In this document: piece after piece, positions 60,876 to 64,000 of the stretch | Position numbering within the stretch: position 1 is the first letter of the stretch | How the letters are laid out: each line of letters opens with the position of its first letter | Origin: Tubulanus polymorphus | Taxonomy: Eukaryota > Animalia > Nemertea | Direction of reading: 5' to 3' | Assembly (NCBI RefSeq): GCF_964204645.1 | Contig: NC_134029.1 | Coordinates: 7,006,001 to 7,070,000 of the forward strand | Length of the DNA stretch: 64,000 bases | Position numbers and translations under genes: made by a program | Notes under the pieces: model-generated | The model's database searches: none | Seen by the model: the letters and a program-made list of their open reading frames with translations, nothing else | Told to the model about the DNA's origin: nothing

Positions 60876-60936
60876 TGACGTCACGTACTGGCATGTCTGA
60901 CCTACATTCATGCACATGTAACATGGGTATGAGTCA
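60876..60936. promoter_or_regulatory. CRE and AP-1 sites upstream of the CRMP-like gene
   Basis: Perfect TGACGTCA (60876-60883) and TGAGTCA (60930-60936), 85-145 bp upstream of the ATG in a CpG-rich stretch. Confidence 0.45.
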
Positions 60937-61149
60937 CGACGCGCGCAGACGGACGCCGACGCGCCGGAGAGCTCAACAACGCGCTCAATCAGTCATTTAG
61001 AGACGGCAAACAATTTTTCACAAAATGAGAACCAGCTTCTGAGAAAATCAACAGGGTAGATTTAAAAATGCTCCTATTAGTCACGTCTCTTATTTTTTTT
61101 TCTCACTCTTAATCAGCCATAGCTCGGTGCCGTTTGTAACTCCGCCGTA

Positions 61150-61446
61150 CATTGATGGCTACAGGGGGAGGGTGTCCGTGGGGACCAATAGGACCCCCTG
61201 AAATGTTGAGGTCTTTTAAGAATCTCATCCCCAAGAATTCCACACTAAATATTTTCGGAAGGAACGTCAAAATTAAACTTGAACAACTGAAAAAAATCAA
61301 ACTTTTGTAGTTGCTTTTGTAGTTTTACAATTAAAGAAGATCTAAAAACTAATAGTGTAGGTGAGCAACGAAATCACGACGAAGCTTCGTGAGTGGAAAT
61401 TTCGTAAGTGGACTGCCCCTCGCGGTTGACCCTGGATCCGCCTATG
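61150..61446. mobile_element. Decayed hAT-like MITE
   Basis: Right end reverse complement CATAGGCGGATCCAGGG vs decayed left end CATTGATGGCTACAGGG. No TSD recognisable. Confidence 0.4.
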
Positions 61447-62391
61447 CTAAGAGGTAAATCCGCCCGAAAAGCATGAATTTCATTTGTGATAATTCTCGAT
61501 CTTCAAAAATCGAAGCAACCCCTCCCGAAAGTCATTGCATTTAGGCCCATTCATTTTTAATCGGCCACCCATGATCATACAGCGTTGAACAATATTGTTG
61601 TTTGTCTTACAGTCGTTACTTATCGACGCGCGCAAACATATTCGACAATAACTTAATCAATAACGACACGTCTGATGAGTTCCTTCATTCAAGTTTTAAT
61701 GACATTATTCACCGATGGGCATTAGAATATTGGACCTCAAATCGATCTTTTAATGGACTGAATTATTCAACGCAAACTGTGCAAAGCCATTGTTCTATCA
61801 CGAGTTCCATCAGTGAATAATAACCATGCTGTAAATGTATTTCAAATGACAGTTATGCTATTTGAGATGCGAGCGCTCATTTCCTTCTCATCATTGGCAA
61901 CAAGGAGCAACGATTATATCTACTAAAGTGTTTCAAGCTAGTATTCCGTTTTATGGGGTTATTCATTGCCCTTCAGTAGAGCCGCTTAATAAAGATTTAC
62001 ACGGTCATGCGATTTAATGACTCCGAGCTAACCAGATCACCAGCACGGAGTAGTTATACTTGAAAAATTCCGACGTGCTATTTCTTTGAGTCTACACATG
62101 TGTGACCGGTCACACATACGTATGGAGGTATTAAATCCCTTATCCGTGCTAAAACGACAAATTATTTCGTTTAATCAACATTTATAGGACGTATGTTCGT
62201 TAATCGACCAAGTTGTATACATACACGTCTCGCAATGGAAACATTTAGAAAATACGTCCACCTGTCGCGTATATGAGGGTATTTTCTGGTATTCGTGTTT
62301 TACCAACTATCCATGGTAAAGACTGTTAAGAAATATACAGTTTAAAGATTTAGATAAAAGATCGGGGAGATAGAGAGATTCGAACTGCGCG

Positions 62392-63831
62392 ATGAATCCG
62401 AAACGAAAATTCGCTTCGAAAAAAATGGGAAAGTCGTTCGGGATTCCGGTATCTTACGAGGACGCTGCTGGATATACGAGCGAAATGGGGGCGTACACGG
62501 TGATGCGCATAGCCACGCAGCAGTTGGAATATCACAGAAAAGTGAACATTTTCCGCCAGGAAATGGTACGTAATCTTGTCTCGGTGAAAAAAGAAAAGAA
62601 AATACTGCAGAAATCGATGTGTCGTTTCCGAGATAAGAAACGCGAAATTCGGAAGCATCGAAAAGAAAACGCCGAATTTTACGCACATTTCGAGCGTCCG
62701 CCGTCACCGATGAACGTAAGAAAACAACGCCAGAAAAAAAGGGAACCGGATGTCCTCGTTACGCAGAATCACGACGTCACAGCGTTGGCTAACGAAGCCG
62801 ACGCTGAAGAGAAGGTTTTCAAAATGACGATTCCGAAATTACCTGCCGAAAGCGATAAAATTACTACGGTCGTGATGCCGACAGTGTTCGAAGAAAGGGT
62901 CGCGGAGGAAGAAGGATACCGCGATAATGCCCCAAAACCGGATAAGTTGGGAACGAAGCTTCTGGTTGAAGAACCTGAAGTTCTACAAAAAGACGTGCAG
63001 AAAAGTTTAGATCCGAGAAAGGCTTTGTCCGATGCGGATCCGAATCAAGAAACTGTAGTTGACGAAGATCCGAAACCTGAAAATCAGGAAAATGAGAGTG
63101 GCGCTGTTTTGCCTAAGCTGAAAAGCAAGTCTTTAGATATCAACAATCGTGGACAGGTTAGCGGCGATCTTAAGCGAAATACACCGCTAGCGAGTAAAAC
63201 GCACAATAAGCTCATGTCAATGACAGCCGTGGGTAGTAAACTGGCCCGCGAAAGATCACCTTCGAATGAAAATAGCGACAGAACGGCCGAGATTATCGAA
63301 AGAGTACGAAAAAGCATTGAGAAAGTCGACGACTGGAAGAAGAACCGAAACGATACTGATTTATCGTTGAGTCCAACACCTCCACCGGTTGACGCTAGAA
63401 AGCGAAAATCAACGGCACCTTCGTTTAGTTTTACGGATATCATTCGCCTGAAACGTATGAAATCTAAACAACTGCTTATGCAAATGGACAAACTGTTAAC
63501 GCCCAGGGACGAAATCCCGGTGAAATCTAGGAAATCAAAACCAAAAATTCTGCCGCCCCTTCGTCATTCGGACTCGAGCGGAACATTGCAGCAGCAACAA
63601 TCGCAAATGTTACGAACGCCCGACATATTAGAAATGCGAGGAGGTCAGGGCGACATAAGTCCGAGATTTAGAGGTATTCAAGTTCTAAGCCCTATCGGAG
63701 ATAAACTACGCAAAGAGGCGGAATTCGTGATAAACAATGAAATGAAAGAAAGTCAGAAAATGAACAAAATCAGCTGGAAATCGGCAGTAATGGCGATCAG
63801 ATGTGTTAATTCATTTACAAATCTCATGTAA
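62392..63831 (+). CDS. Uncharacterised 479-aa single-exon protein (N-terminal basic coiled coil, disordered middle, C-terminal CaM-binding-like helix)
   Basis: 1440-nt uninterrupted ORF in AT-rich DNA with coding-like composition. No family recognised. Confidence 0.8.
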   Translation: MNPKRKFASKKMGKSFGIPVSYEDAAGYTSEMGAYTVMRIATQQLEYHRKVNIFRQEMVRNLVSVKKEKKILQKSMCRFRDKKREIRKHRKENAEFYAHFERPPSPMNVRKQRQKKREPDVLVTQNHDVTALANEADAEEKVFKMTIPKLPAESDKITTVVMPTVFEERVAEEEGYRDNAPKPDKLGTKLLVEEPEVLQKDVQKSLDPRKALSDADPNQETVVDEDPKPENQENESGAVLPKLKSKSLDINNRGQVSGDLKRNTPLASKTHNKLMSMTAVGSKLARERSPSNENSDRTAEIIERVRKSIEKVDDWKKNRNDTDLSLSPTPPPVDARKRKSTAPSFSFTDIIRLKRMKSKQLLMQMDKLLTPRDEIPVKSRKSKPKILPPLRHSDSSGTLQQQQSQMLRTPDILEMRGGQGDISPRFRGIQVLSPIGDKLRKEAEFVINNEMKESQKMNKISWKSAVMAIRCVNSFTNLM

Positions 63832-64000
63832 AATATTATGATGTTATTGTGGTTTAATGTTAAATAATCTATGATTTGAGAGAGTTTATCTACGTTAATT
63901 AAAATGCAATTAAACTGCGTAAGTTTTAAATGAAATCAATACTTATAATCTATATCGAGCGTTTAGAAATAATTTATCAATGTTTCCTGATAGATATGCG

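Overview
AT-rich, intron-dense animal genomic DNA. A compact-genome marine invertebrate, probably a lophotrochozoan, is my inference. Ten protein-coding genes can be reconstructed from splice sites and homology. In order: the 3' half of an SK/KCNN Ca2+-activated K+ channel (+), TRMT1 (-), NCBP1/CBP80 (+, with a U12-type intron), FAM172A/ARB2A (-), an intronless class A peptide-type GPCR (+), a large multi-exon adhesion GPCR (+; SEA/Ig/FN3/SEA/Ig/Ig/HRM/GAIN/7TM), a ZIP-II zinc transporter (-), a second class A GPCR (-), a dihydropyrimidinase-fold CRMP-like protein that has lost 5 of 6 metal ligands (-), and a 479-aa orphan ending in a calmodulin-binding-like helix (+). Introns carry many non-autonomous DNA transposons. 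The most notable observations are Penelope-type minimal hammerhead ribozyme motifs in three introns (one an inverted pair forming a ~200-bp palindrome), two candidate in-frame cassette exons in an UGCAUG-rich SK intron, a uORF plus dual-AUG arrangement in TRMT1, CAGGG-ended elements with 6-bp TSDs, and an unexplained GC-rich multi-hairpin island in NCBP1 intron 1. No prokaryotic systems, CRISPR arrays, rRNA or tRNA genes were found. All exon boundaries were read by eye.
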